Of a stretch of DNA of 32,000 nt, positions 1 through 9,302 are shown in pieces; position 1 is the first letter of the stretch, and each line of letters starts with the position of its first letter. The DNA is from Candidatus Saccharimonadota bacterium (GTDB lineage: Bacteria > Bacteroidota > Bacteroidia > Cytophagales > Amoebophilaceae): the NCBI RefSeq assembly GCF_936981045.1, contig NZ_OW441264.1:600001-632000 (forward strand). Reading direction: 5' to 3'. A program made the translations under genes and the position numbers. Below the pieces are notes generated by a model. It did not search any database. It was not told where the DNA came from and was given only the letters and a program-made list of their open reading frames with translations.

Positions 1-70
1 GGTGTAAATATTAACTAAATAATTGATATTAAATTGTTGTAAATCAGTCAAATAAATCCCGAACTGACGT
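1..70 (+). mobile_element. MITE-1 copy 1 (right-hand 70 bp; the rest lies left of the window)
   Basis: Positions 1-70 are nearly identical to the last 70 bp of the full copies (e.g. 702-771). They end in the terminal repeat AATCCCGAACTGACGT. Confidence 0.8.
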
Positions 71-290
71 ATATTAATAACCGATTTCGCAGATACTTAA
101 CCCATAGAAGAAAAGGCCTTGGTTGTGGGTGGAAAAGCTATCCCAATAGCAAACTCTATACAATGGGGATGTTGTACATTGGTAGTGGAATGATTAAGTA
201 TCCTGAGAAAGTTGTGCAAGGTTTATGAAGAAGACTGTCGGACCGCCGTATTCGGGAAAACTGAACGTACGGTGGGATGAGAAGGGAATG
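71..290 (+). mobile_element. Putative group II intron 3' remnant (IEP C-terminal coding remnant, domain V, start of domain VI)
   Basis: An open frame ends at 228 (...RFRRYLTHRRKGLGCGWKSYPNSKLY...KVVQGL*), loosely like maturase C-termini. At 243-275, ccgccgtat-tcgg-gaaaa-ctga-ac-gtacggtgg folds as a domain V-like hairpin. It has a 9-bp lower stem, a 2-nt AC bulge, a 4-bp upper stem, the conserved CGTACGG and a CGC triad. It is cut at about 290 by the IS256-like end. Confidence 0.4.
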
Positions 291-358
291 GTCTTTTGTT
301 TTAAGTGTGTAAATATTTTTTAGGATTTATCTTTACCTAAATCATAACACTTAAAACA

Positions 359-1827
359 ATGAAAAGAAAAGAGACAGTTAAAGATGGGATAAGCAAGGCC
401 ATAGATGTACTGATAGAATCAGGTGTAGACCTTTCCAGACTTTTTGATCAAGACGGCTTACTCAAACAATTAAGTAAGCGTCTTGTAGAAAAAGCATTAC
501 AGTCAGAAATGGATGACCATTTAGGTTATAACGTGAGTTCGGGATTAGATTATTTTTTCATTTGATAATCAATATCAATGAAAATTTATAAAATTTGTTT
601 TATTAGACAATTAAATAGGTAGTTGAATAACAAATAATTCTGGTAATCAGTTTATTATGTATGTTATATTTATAAAATTAGATATAAAAACTTGTTAAAT
701 AAGTGCAAATATTAACTAAATAATTGATATTAAATTGTTGTAAATCAGTCAAATAAATCCCGAACTCACGTTTATAATAAGTATGCACGTAGTGATTCAG
801 AGAATGTACGTAATGGATTATTCAGTAAGCACGTTATTACTGATAATGGCGTTATATCGGTTGAAGTACCCAGAGATAGAGCATCGACTTTTGAACCTAT
901 TTTATTGCCTAATCGTCAAACAAGAATTCCTAGTTTGGATGATAAGATCTTATCTTTATATGCTAAAGGTATGAGTCTGTCAGATATTCAGATTCAAATA
1001 CAGGAATTATATGGCGCAGAAGTAAGTGAAAGCCTGATAAGTAACATCACAGACTCTGTTATTAAAGATGTTAAGATATGGAAAAATCGTCCCTTAGAAT
1101 CAGTCTATCCTATTGTTTTTTTTGATTGCTTTGTAGTTAAAGTTAGACAAGATAAGCGCATCATCAACAAGGCAGTCTATGTCGCTTTAGGTATAGATAG
1201 ATCTGGCATAAAGGATGTTTTAGGGCTTTGGATGAGTGAAAATGAAGGGGCTAAATTTTGGTTAGGCAATTTAACAGAACTCAAAAATCGGGGTATGAAC
1301 GATATGCTCATTGCATGTACAGATAATTTGTCAGACATGTCTGAGGCCATTGCTGCTGTATACCCAAAAACGGAACATCAGCTCTGTATTGTTCATGCAA
1401 TTAGGGGTAGTTTGCAGTATGTTTCTTATAAACATAGAAAGGTATTAGTTGCTAATTTAAAACCAATTTATACAACAGTTACCGAGCAAGAAGCATTGAT
1501 GGCCTTAGAAGCTTTTGCTACTAAGTGGAATCAACAATACCCACAAATAGCCCAATCTTGGTATGCTAACTGGGATAATCTGATGGTATTTTTACAGTAC
1601 CCTAATGCCATACGTAAGGTCATTTACACAACAAATGTTTGGAATCTGTAAATAGCCAATTTCGTAGAGTTATCAAAAATAAAAGAGTGTTCCCTAACGA
1701 TCTAGCTGTTTTTAAAACATTATATCTAATTATTAACTACATGACTAGAAAATGGACCACCTCTATTCATAACTGGAGCGAGGCTATGGCACATTTTTTA
1801 ATTAAATTTGAAAACAGAATTGAATAA
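359..1827 (+). pseudogene. IS256-family transposase, split by MITE-1 (531-771) and frameshifted near 1630
   Basis: The N-terminus ...LQSEMDDHLGY(N) stops in the MITE. The frame resumes at 772 as YNKYARSDSENVRNG...VPRDRASTFEPILLP, joining the ORF at 905-1651. The C-terminus (ESVNSQFRRV...) is in another frame at 1639-1827. Confidence 0.85.
531..771 (+). mobile_element. MITE-1 copy 2 (241 bp, non-coding, inside the IS256 transposase gene)
   Basis: 16-bp perfect terminal inverted repeats ACGTGAGTTCGGGATT / AATCCCGAACTCACGT. It is flanked by the direct repeat TTATA. The interior is AT-rich with no ORF. Confidence 0.9.
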
Positions 1828-1866
1828 AACCAAAAAAATAATTTACACACTTAAGTGGACAGAGCC

Positions 1867-1955
1867 CATCTGATCAATTTATTGTATGACTTTAAAACTA
1901 AACGATACGGAAAATAAATTAAAAGATTTTTGTCCGAATTTTTCAGTCCATTATA
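1867..1955 (-). mobile_element. IS3-family 5'-terminal fragment (left inverted repeat plus leader up to the start codon)
   Basis: Nearly identical to 24654-24741, the 5' end of the inverted IS3 copy. It ends in TGTCCGAATTTTTCAGTCCATTATA, which is the complement of the IRL at 13291-13315. Confidence 0.7.
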
Positions 1956-1965
1956 CTTTGAAAAT

Positions 1966-3987
1966 ATGAAAAGCCTTAAAACCAATTTAGATTTAAACCC
2001 AGTATACCCTCCTTCTGATACCATCCAAAAAAGAGCATATATTTCATCATTAGATGAATACCTAAAAATGTATAACGCCTCTATTGAGGATCCAGTGCAA
2101 TTTTGGGAAAACATATCAGCACAATTTTTTTGGAAAAGTAAGCCAGCTGGTCGATTTCTGAGCTATAATTTTGACCTACAAAAAGGGCCCATTTTTGTAA
2201 AATGGATGGAAGGTGCCTCAACTAATATTTGTTATAACCTAGTGGATAAACATGTTCAAGATGGGTATGGAAATAAGGTTGCCTACTATTGGGAAGGAAA
2301 TGAGCCAAGTGAACAAAAACAAATCACCTACCAAGCGTTGCTTCAAGCTATTTGTAAATGTGCAAATGTTTTAAAATCTCTGGGCATAACAAAGGGAGAC
2401 CGAGTAGCTATCTATATGCCGACCACTATAGAGGCTATAGTAGTAATGTTAAGTTGCGCCCGCATTGGTGCGATCCATACTGTTATCTTTGCAGGCTTTT
2501 CAGCAGATGCACTAGCAGAACGCATGATAGCGGCAAAAGCAAAACTCTTGATAACGGCTGATGGAACATTTCGTGGAACAAAATTTATTCCACTTAAGTC
2601 GATTGCCACCCAAGCATTGATACAATGTAAAGCAGCTGATCATCCACTCCACCATTGTATTGTTTTTAATAGACTGCAGACTATTAAGCAACCGAGCAAT
2701 ATACCAGATATCCCATGGGACGATTCCATGGATCACTCGTGGGAAGCACTGATCGCATCTGCATCAGATGTATGTGAACCTGAGTGGGTTGATGCTGAGG
2801 ATCCGCTATTTATACTGTATACAAGCGGTTCGACTGGAAAGCCAAAAGGGGTGGTACATACCGGTGGAGGATACCTGTTATATGCAGCAACTGCATTTAA
2901 ATATGCATTTGATTATCATCCAGAAGATATATTTTTCTGTTCTGGAGATTTAGGCTGGATTACAGGACATACTTTCAATGTTTACGGCGCACTTGCCTGT
3001 AGAAGCACCTCTGTTATATTTGACGGCATTCCAACCTACCCAGATGGAGGTCGCTTCTGGGATTTGATTGACAGATATAAAGTAACGACATTTTATACAG
3101 CGCCCACTGCGATTCGAACCCTTATGAAACTTGAATCGTCCTATGTTACAAAACATAACAGAACCTCCCTTCGTATACTTGGTTCAGTTGGTGAGCCTAT
3201 TGATCCTTCAACCTGGACCTGGTTGTATGAGGTAGTTGGTGCAAAGCGCTGTCCGATCATTGATACCTTTTGGCAGACAGAAACAGGCGCGCCCATAATT
3301 TGTCCACTTCCTGGATTTACGCCATTGAAACCTGGATCTGCTACACTCCCTTTTTGGGGTATTGTGCCAACCATCGTTGATGATCATGGCGTTGACATTA
3401 TAGGTGAAGGAAAAGGACATCTTGTTATCAAAAATCCCTGGCCAGGAATGGCACGGACCATTGATGGGCATCATCAGCGGTTTCAATCCACCTATTTTGA
3501 GCCATACAATGGGTACTACTACACAGGCGATAGTGCAAAACGTGATGCAGATGGGTATTTTTGGATAACAGGTAGAACAGATGATATGTTGAATAGATCA
3601 GGTCACTTGATATCAACCGCTGAAATTGAGTCTACATTGATGCAACACCCATCAGTGGCAGAAGCGGCTGCTGTCTCTGCATCGCATGCCATAAAAGGCG
3701 AATCCATCCATTGTTTTATTGTATTAAAAAACGGATGGTTGTATAATCAAATGATTGATTCTGAGATCAAATCAATCGTTCGAAATAAGCTAGGGGCCTT
3801 TGCTGCTCCAGATCTGGTGTACCCTGTACCCGCTCTACCTAAAGTAGGTTCTGGGAAAATAATGCGCCGGCTGCTCAGAAAAATAGTTCGACAAGAAGTG
3901 CATTTCGGTGATACCTCCACACTAGTTGATCAAAATATTATTGATTGGCTGCGCATACTTACCCTACATAAGGTTAAGATTTCTTAA
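1966..3987 (+). CDS. acs: Acetyl-CoA synthetase (AMP-forming)
   Basis: Full-length ORF with the AMP-binding signature YTSGSTGKPKG, ...WQTETG... and a C-terminal ...GKIMRR motif. ATG 1966 is preferred over the track start at 1930, which lies inside the IS3 terminal repeat. Confidence 0.9.
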   Translation: MKSLKTNLDLNPVYPPSDTIQKRAYISSLDEYLKMYNASIEDPVQFWENISAQFFWKSKPAGRFLSYNFDLQKGPIFVKWMEGASTNICYNLVDKHVQDGYGNKVAYYWEGNEPSEQKQITYQALLQAICKCANVLKSLGITKGDRVAIYMPTTIEAIVVMLSCARIGAIHTVIFAGFSADALAERMIAAKAKLLITADGTFRGTKFIPLKSIATQALIQCKAADHPLHHCIVFNRLQTIKQPSNIPDIPWDDSMDHSWEALIASASDVCEPEWVDAEDPLFILYTSGSTGKPKGVVHTGGGYLLYAATAFKYAFDYHPEDIFFCSGDLGWITGHTFNVYGALACRSTSVIFDGIPTYPDGGRFWDLIDRYKVTTFYTAPTAIRTLMKLESSYVTKHNRTSLRILGSVGEPIDPSTWTWLYEVVGAKRCPIIDTFWQTETGAPIICPLPGFTPLKPGSATLPFWGIVPTIVDDHGVDIIGEGKGHLVIKNPWPGMARTIDGHHQRFQSTYFEPYNGYYYTGDSAKRDADGYFWITGRTDDMLNRSGHLISTAEIESTLMQHPSVAEAAAVSASHAIKGESIHCFIVLKNGWLYNQMIDSEIKSIVRNKLGAFAAPDLVYPVPALPKVGSGKIMRRLLRKIVRQEVHFGDTSTLVDQNIIDWLRILTLHKVKIS

Positions 3988-4098
3988 CTCGCGTATGGGG
4001 CAATCCCCGCCTATTTTGTACCTTTATATAGTTTGTATCTGGTGTACGTCTATGCTACGGCTTTGCTATAGGCTATATCGTAACATGATCCTATCAAT

Positions 4099-5547
4099 AT
4101 GGAACAAAAAACATTTATCTCTACACATGGTTCTGCAGCAAAAAGCCTACCCAAACCGCCTGGCACACACAACCCTCTGTTGCATAGAAAACTATATATA
4201 GAAAGCTACGGCTGCCAAATGAATTTTTCGGATAGTGAAATAGTAGCTTCTATCATGGCCCAGCAAGGTTTTGTGTTTACAGACCAGTATCATGAGGCAG
4301 ATCTCATTCTCATCAACACATGTGCCATTCGGGATAAAGCTGAACAAACTATTCGCAATAGACTATTGGTTTTTAACCAACAAAAGATAAAACAGCCAGA
4401 TCTTATTGTAGGTATATTGGGTTGTATGGCAGAACGGCTTAAAACACAATTACTAGAAGAGGAAAAAGTTGTTGATTTGATAGCGGGTCCAGATGCCTAT
4501 AGAGACCTTCCCAGATTAATTAGTCAGGTAGATCAAGGGCATAAGGCAGTCAATACCTTTTTGTCTAAAGAAGAAACCTATGCCGATATTGCCCCTATTC
4601 GGTTACATTCAAGTGGTGTAACTGCTTTTATCTCTATTATGAGGGGATGTAATAATATGTGCTCTTTTTGCATTGTGCCTTTTACCCGAGGGCGTGAACG
4701 AAGCAGAGATCCCTACTCCATTGTCCAAGAGGCTAAAAAATTGTTTGAAGTAGGCTATAAGGAAATTACCCTTTTAGGACAAAATGTAGATTCTTATAGC
4801 TGGAACCCATCTATTTCAACAGCTGCTGGGTCGCAGCATCATACATCCAGTGATCAGGTGATTCACTTCTCCCAATTACTAGCCATGGTGGCCGAGATTG
4901 ATCCCAATTTAAGGGTTCGTTTTTCTACTTCTCATCCTAAAGATATGACCGATAAGGTATTGTATACGATGAAGGCCTATCATAACATCTGTAAGCACAT
5001 TCACCTCCCCGTTCAAAGTGGCAACAACCGTATCTTAAAGCTAATGAATCGTACTTATGATCGGGCATGGTATATGGAAAGAATTCATGCTATTAGGAAT
5101 ATTTTAGGTCCATCTTGTTCGATTTCTTCTGATATGATTGCAGGATTTTGCTCTGAAACAGAAGAAGAGCATGCAGATACGCTCTCTCTAATGGATTGTG
5201 TGCAATATGATTTTTCTTTTATGTTTTACTATTCCGAGCGGCCGGGTACGTTAGCTGCCAGAAAATATCCAGACGATCTTTCAGAAGCAGTTAAAAAACG
5301 TAGATTAAGTGAAATTATAGCCAAGCAACGTGAACATGCCTTGATGCACAATCAAAAAAGCATAAATCAGGTTTATCAAGTGTTAATTGAAAAATGCTCC
5401 AAAAAATCAGAAGCATTTTTTCAAGGTAGAACCAGTCAAAATAAGATTGTTGTATTCCCCAAAGGGACCTATAAAATAGGAGATTACGTAGACGTAGAGA
5501 TTACCAATTGCAATGCAGCGACCCTATTTGGCACTGTGGTATCATAA
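4099..5547 (+). CDS. miaB: tRNA-i6A37 methylthiotransferase MiaB (radical SAM)
   Basis: N-terminal [15 protein letters not shown] (UPF0004 domain), the radical-SAM cluster motif [11 protein letters not shown] and a C-terminal TRAM-like region. Confidence 0.9.
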   Translation: MEQKTFISTHGSAAKSLPKPPGTHNPLLHRKLYIESYGCQMNFSDSEIVASIMAQQGFVFTDQYHEADLILINTCAIRDKAEQTIRNRLLVFNQQKIKQPDLIVGILGCMAERLKTQLLEEEKVVDLIAGPDAYRDLPRLISQVDQGHKAVNTFLSKEETYADIAPIRLHSSGVTAFISIMRGCNNMCSFCIVPFTRGRERSRDPYSIVQEAKKLFEVGYKEITLLGQNVDSYSWNPSISTAAGSQHHTSSDQVIHFSQLLAMVAEIDPNLRVRFSTSHPKDMTDKVLYTMKAYHNICKHIHLPVQSGNNRILKLMNRTYDRAWYMERIHAIRNILGPSCSISSDMIAGFCSETEEEHADTLSLMDCVQYDFSFMFYYSERPGTLAARKYPDDLSEAVKKRRLSEIIAKQREHALMHNQKSINQVYQVLIEKCSKKSEAFFQGRTSQNKIVVFPKGTYKIGDYVDVEITNCNAATLFGTVVS

Positions 5548-5558
5548 GCATATGAGCT

Positions 5559-6800
5559 ATGAAAGAAGATCTTCAATATATCAAACAACGGTTTAATATT
5601 ATTGGAAACGCTCCATTATTAAATAGAGCTATTGAAATAGCGATGCAGGTCGCTTCTACTGATCTATCCGTTTTAATCATAGGTGAAAGTGGTACTGGCA
5701 AGGAATCTTTTTCAAAGATTATTCATGCACTGAGTCCCTACCGTCATGGTAGCTTTATAGCTATTAATTGTGGAGCTATTCCAGAAGGTACAATAGATTC
5801 TGAACTTTTTGGCCATGAAAAAGGAGCCTTTACGGGTGCCCTAGAAAGCCGAAAGGGATATTTTGAAGAAGCAAATAGTGGCACCATTTTTCTAGATGAG
5901 ATAGGTGAAATGCCTTTGGGGACACAAACTAGACTTTTACGTGTATTAGAATATGGAGAATATGTAAAAGTAGGTTCCTCTAGCGTACAAAAAACCAAAG
6001 TGCGTGTAGTAGCTGCTACGCATGTAGATTTACTCTATGCCATTAAACAAGGCAAATTCCGAGAAGATTTGTATTACAGGCTCAATACAATTCCGATTAA
6101 CATACCCCCTCTGCGTGAACGTGATGCAGATATTATACAGTTATTTCATAAATTTTCCAGTGATTTTGCTACTAAATACCGCGTTAAGCCTTTAGAAATC
6201 AGCCCAGATACAAAAGATATTTTGCGCACCTATCCATTTCCGGGTAACATCCGACAGTTGAAAAATATTGTTGAGCAAATGGCACTGCTTGAAGAGGTGG
6301 GTATGGTTACACCAAAGGTAATAGAGAAGTATTTACCGAAAATACAAAGCCATACGTTACCAGTTCTGTATAAGAAATGGAAGGATAATGGACTGCTTGA
6401 AAAAGAATATATCTATCCCATCCTCTTTGATGTAAAAAGAGATATTGCAGAATTAAAAGCATTAATGTTTAATTTTATGGAATCCGGCGCTATTAAAAAT
6501 CCTATTCTAAAAGAACATACTCGCCTTGGAGCCTGCAGTGACCAAGAAAACATATCCAAAAAGATCCACTTTTTAGATACAGCGCAATCTTTTAAAGAGG
6601 ATAATCTAAATTACATAGGGGCATCCTATACAGGAGAAAATCTTTCTATTGAAGCCCAAGAACAAGCGTTAATTCGTAGATCTCTGCAAAAAAACGATGG
6701 AAATCGTAAAAATGCAGCTGATGATTTAGGGATTTCTGAAAGAACGCTCTATCGAAAAATTAAACAATATGAGATTGAAGAATCTGATTTTAAGCAATAG
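5559..6800 (+). CDS. Sigma-54-dependent transcriptional activator (AAA+ EBP) without an N-terminal receiver or sensor domain
   Basis: Walker A GESGTGKE lies about 40 aa from the start. The sigma-54 contact loop GAFTGA is present, along with a C-terminal Fis-type HTH (AADDLGISERTLYRKIK). Confidence 0.85.
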   Translation: MKEDLQYIKQRFNIIGNAPLLNRAIEIAMQVASTDLSVLIIGESGTGKESFSKIIHALSPYRHGSFIAINCGAIPEGTIDSELFGHEKGAFTGALESRKGYFEEANSGTIFLDEIGEMPLGTQTRLLRVLEYGEYVKVGSSSVQKTKVRVVAATHVDLLYAIKQGKFREDLYYRLNTIPINIPPLRERDADIIQLFHKFSSDFATKYRVKPLEISPDTKDILRTYPFPGNIRQLKNIVEQMALLEEVGMVTPKVIEKYLPKIQSHTLPVLYKKWKDNGLLEKEYIYPILFDVKRDIAELKALMFNFMESGAIKNPILKEHTRLGACSDQENISKKIHFLDTAQSFKEDNLNYIGASYTGENLSIEAQEQALIRRSLQKNDGNRKNAADDLGISERTLYRKIKQYEIEESDFKQ

Positions 6801-7299
6801 CCTATACTTTTTTTTTAGTTTATTATGGGGTTGTGGTCTTTTTACTTTCTCAGGTGTTTCGCTCTCTCCTAATGTAAAGACCTTTTCTATTCAGTTTTAT
6901 ACAGAAGTTTCAGATGGCCCAACAGATATGCCGGACAAGCTTACTGAAGCACTTGCAACACAAATATTACGCATAACCAACTCTTTAACCAGAGAAGAAA
7001 AAGATGGTGACATCCAATATGAAGGCGTAATTAAGTCCTTTTCGTATCGTACAACCTTCAGTACAAAAGATAATGATCAGGATAAGGAGCTTAAAGAAGT
7101 ACAACGTTTAACCATAACCATAGAAGTTTCTTACTTGAATCCTTCTAATGAAGCGTCTTCATTTAAGAAAAAACAATTTTCGGCTAGCGCAGATATAATG
7201 TCTACTGAAGATCAATCAAAAAAAGAACCTGAGTTGATTGAGTTAATTGTTCGTCAACTAGTAGATGATATTTATAATAAATCCATAGATAATTGGTAA
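6769..7299 (+). CDS. LptE-like lipoprotein (putative LPS-assembly lipoprotein)
   Basis: Signal peptide with a lipobox-like LLWGC. Size and position (after the sigma-54 activator, before secG) match the arrangement I recall in Bacteroidota. The family assignment is tentative. Confidence 0.45.
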   Translation: MRLKNLILSNSLYFFFSLLWGCGLFTFSGVSLSPNVKTFSIQFYTEVSDGPTDMPDKLTEALATQILRITNSLTREEKDGDIQYEGVIKSFSYRTTFSTKDNDQDKELKEVQRLTITIEVSYLNPSNEASSFKKKQFSASADIMSTEDQSKKEPELIELIVRQLVDDIYNKSIDNW

Positions 7300-7318
7300 G
7301 ATTCAAATTGTTTTTACC

Positions 7319-7954
7319 ATGCAAGTTCAAAAACTATTAAAATTATTGGCGCAGCCTTCAACGCTTTCTCCAGCAGACGTGCCTGATTTAGAGGAACTTA
7401 TAAAAAGATACCCCTATTTCTACTTAGCCCATGCGCTCCTTGCTAAGGCAACTTATACACAGGAGAAAGATGTAGAAAAGTATGCGGTTCAAAGGGCTGC
7501 TACCTATGCTATTGACCGCACACATTTGCGCGCATGGTTGGAAGACAAACTTTCCTTACCGCCCATTGTTAGAAACGCCAACGCTAAACCTATGCAGGAA
7601 CCCTCTGCTACCGTTAATAATTATCTGGAAATAATTGCTAAAAAGTCTCTTAAAAAGAGTACGAATGAAAATAGTATCAAACAGTTCTCCGTTATAGACA
7701 CTATTTTAAATAAAAATTTGCAGTTTGATCCTTGTATGGAAGCAATGCCATCACACGAGGAAGTATCTGTAGATCTTTCCGAACAAGCTACTACTTTAGA
7801 CGATCGTTTTGCAACTGAAACATTAGCTAGAATAATGATCCAGCAAAAAAAATATAAACGTGCAATTGAAATTTATAGCCATTTAATATCAAAGCATCCT
7901 GAAAAAAAATCGTATATTGAGGGGATCATTGCTAATTTAAATAGTAATCTTTAG
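7319..7954 (+). CDS. Hypothetical protein with a C-terminal TPR-like repeat
   Basis: 211-aa ORF, tightly packed between neighbouring genes. C-terminal ARIMIQQKKYKRAIEIYSHLISKHPEKK is TPR-like. Confidence 0.4.
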   Translation: MQVQKLLKLLAQPSTLSPADVPDLEELIKRYPYFYLAHALLAKATYTQEKDVEKYAVQRAATYAIDRTHLRAWLEDKLSLPPIVRNANAKPMQEPSATVNNYLEIIAKKSLKKSTNENSIKQFSVIDTILNKNLQFDPCMEAMPSHEEVSVDLSEQATTLDDRFATETLARIMIQQKKYKRAIEIYSHLISKHPEKKSYIEGIIANLNSNL

Positions 7955-7956
7955 TT

Positions 7957-8343
7957 ATGTCTATATTCAATCTGCTTACTATATTTATCATTATAGTAGC
8001 CATTCTATTGCTTGGTGCTATTTTACTGCAAGAGCCTAAGGAACGGATCACCCCTTCAGGTGGAGGCTCAGCTTCCGTGCAACGCATTGGCATTAATCAA
8101 AAGGCAGACTTTTTAGAAAAAGCTACTTGGGTATTGATAGGATTATTGCTCTTTTTAACCCTCTTGTCTTCTATTTTTCTTAAAGATGCACTAGAGTCAA
8201 ATAGGAGTCCCAATTTGGTTAAAGCTCAGAAGGACCAAGCATCAAACACCACAGCCGTTCCAAGCACTACGGATGATGCAGCTATTACCCAAGAGGATCA
8301 GAAACCTGCATCTAATGCAACAAACGCTGCTTCTAAAAACTAA
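7957..8343 (+). CDS. secG: Preprotein translocase subunit SecG
   Basis: Small two-TM protein with LLQEPK...GGG after TM1, and a low-complexity C-terminal tail. Confidence 0.65.
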   Translation: MSIFNLLTIFIIIVAILLLGAILLQEPKERITPSGGGSASVQRIGINQKADFLEKATWVLIGLLLFLTLLSSIFLKDALESNRSPNLVKAQKDQASNTTAVPSTTDDAAITQEDQKPASNATNAASKN

Positions 8344-8395
8344 CTTTCAAGATAAAAGAGCGTATCAATGTTTGTTAATACAAATGGTTATGTAT

Positions 8396-9007
8396 ATGAA
8401 AGTAATCAACATAAGGAAGTCTATCCCAGTTTTTTTTGCCTATTTTCTTGTAGCACATCCATCACGCGCTGTTGGATTGACTACGGGGCCATCTTTAGGT
8501 ATAGCTGGGTTTCATACTAGTTTTGACTTAAAACTGCAACGCCAAAAAATCTCTACGGATAATATGGCATTACAGGTGGGGTGCTTTGCAAAGTTAGATG
8601 TTTGGCTTTTATATGCTAGGTTAGATGCCTTGTTTGTATTAGATTGGCGTAAATTACCCAATAAATCGAAGCGACACCATTTTAAATCTATTACCCTACC
8701 CTTGACGATTGGTCTACCTCTTTTTGATCTCTTTCGGCCTCATATTGGTCTTGTGTTTCGGCTACCTATTGGTGTAGATGATGCGAGGTTTAAAGGCAAC
8801 TGCCTTATAAAAAGCTATAAAGAAAAAATCAATGGCTATATATTAGGTTTGGGTATAGATCTAGGCAATATTTTAATGGATGTCTATTGGGAATTTGCGC
8901 GATCACCAGTAGCTAGAAAATCTATAAGCGATGCCCTGATAGATGGTCATAAACAGTATAGACCTGGGCAACTTACCTTAAGGGTCGGTTACAACTTACT
9001 GGGCTGA
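8396..9007 (+). CDS. Hypothetical exported protein, possibly an outer-membrane beta-barrel
   Basis: The in-frame ATG at 8396 gives a signal peptide (MKVINIRKSIPVFFAYFLVAHPSRA). The body has alternating hydrophobic beta-strand-like periodicity. The upstream part of the track ORF overlaps secG and is unlikely to be coding. Confidence 0.4.
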   Translation: MKVINIRKSIPVFFAYFLVAHPSRAVGLTTGPSLGIAGFHTSFDLKLQRQKISTDNMALQVGCFAKLDVWLLYARLDALFVLDWRKLPNKSKRHHFKSITLPLTIGLPLFDLFRPHIGLVFRLPIGVDDARFKGNCLIKSYKEKINGYILGLGIDLGNILMDVYWEFARSPVARKSISDALIDGHKQYRPGQLTLRVGYNLLG

Positions 9008-9136
9008 TATAAGGAAATGACATGATATTCTACTTTTTGCTTGATCAAAAAGCTACTATTTTTTATCCTTATAGCTTAAGCACTAGTTTTCTAGGTACCT
9101 ATTCAGCAGTCTGGCCATGCTACGAAAAAAATACAA

Positions 9137-9302
9137 ACCCGTCCTTTATAAAAAGTTGCGATGAGAAAGCACACCTTGCAGCTGATCAGAAAAACAGCAT
9201 GTTTGCAGCCCGCATAGCGGGCAAATTCTATTTTTCCAGCTGCAAGGTGTAGTTTTAAGAACTTTTTGCAGAGGGCTTTATTTTTTGCACACTTTTTTAT
9301 CA
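9137..9302. repeat. Structured intergenic repeat, copy a (continues at 9543-9573 after the MITE)
   Basis: Homologous to 15481-15599 (right part) and 28837-28910 (left part). It contains 14-bp inverted arms ACACCTTGCAGCTG (9171-9184) / CAGCTGCAAGGTGT (9237-9250), an inner GCCCGC-ATA-GCGGGC hairpin and an 11-bp terminal stem (9288-9298 / 9550-9560). Confidence 0.6.

Larger units (their letters stand above)
290..1866 (+). mobile_element. IS256-family insertion sequence, type A, copy 1 (degraded)
   Basis: Imperfect terminal repeats: TTAAGTGTGTAAAT at 301-314 matches the reverse complement of 1841-1854. The right end ...GGACAGAGCC is identical to the end of the second copy at 23094. It encodes a Mutator/IS256-type transposase. 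Confidence 0.8.

Noticed and set aside
783-974. 63-aa ORF downstream of the first full MITE.
   Set aside because: It is out of frame with the real coding information. The frame starting at 772 continues the IS256 transposase (YNKYARSDSENVRNG...VPRDRASTFEP) and joins the ORF at 905-1651.
1930-1965. Track start of the acs ORF at 1930 (MSEFFSPLYFEN...).
   Set aside because: These codons lie inside the IS3 terminal inverted repeat, which is identical to sequence at other IS3 ends. The in-frame ATG at 1966 fits the usual ACS N-terminus better.
2358-3616. Several 60-90-aa ORFs in other frames or strands inside acs. Similar ones lie inside the EBP gene, the hydrolase gene, dnaN, oppA, aspS, leuS and the 1221-aa gene.
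   Set aside because: They are fully embedded in long ORFs with clear family signatures, and I recognise no motifs in them. They are typical shadow ORFs.
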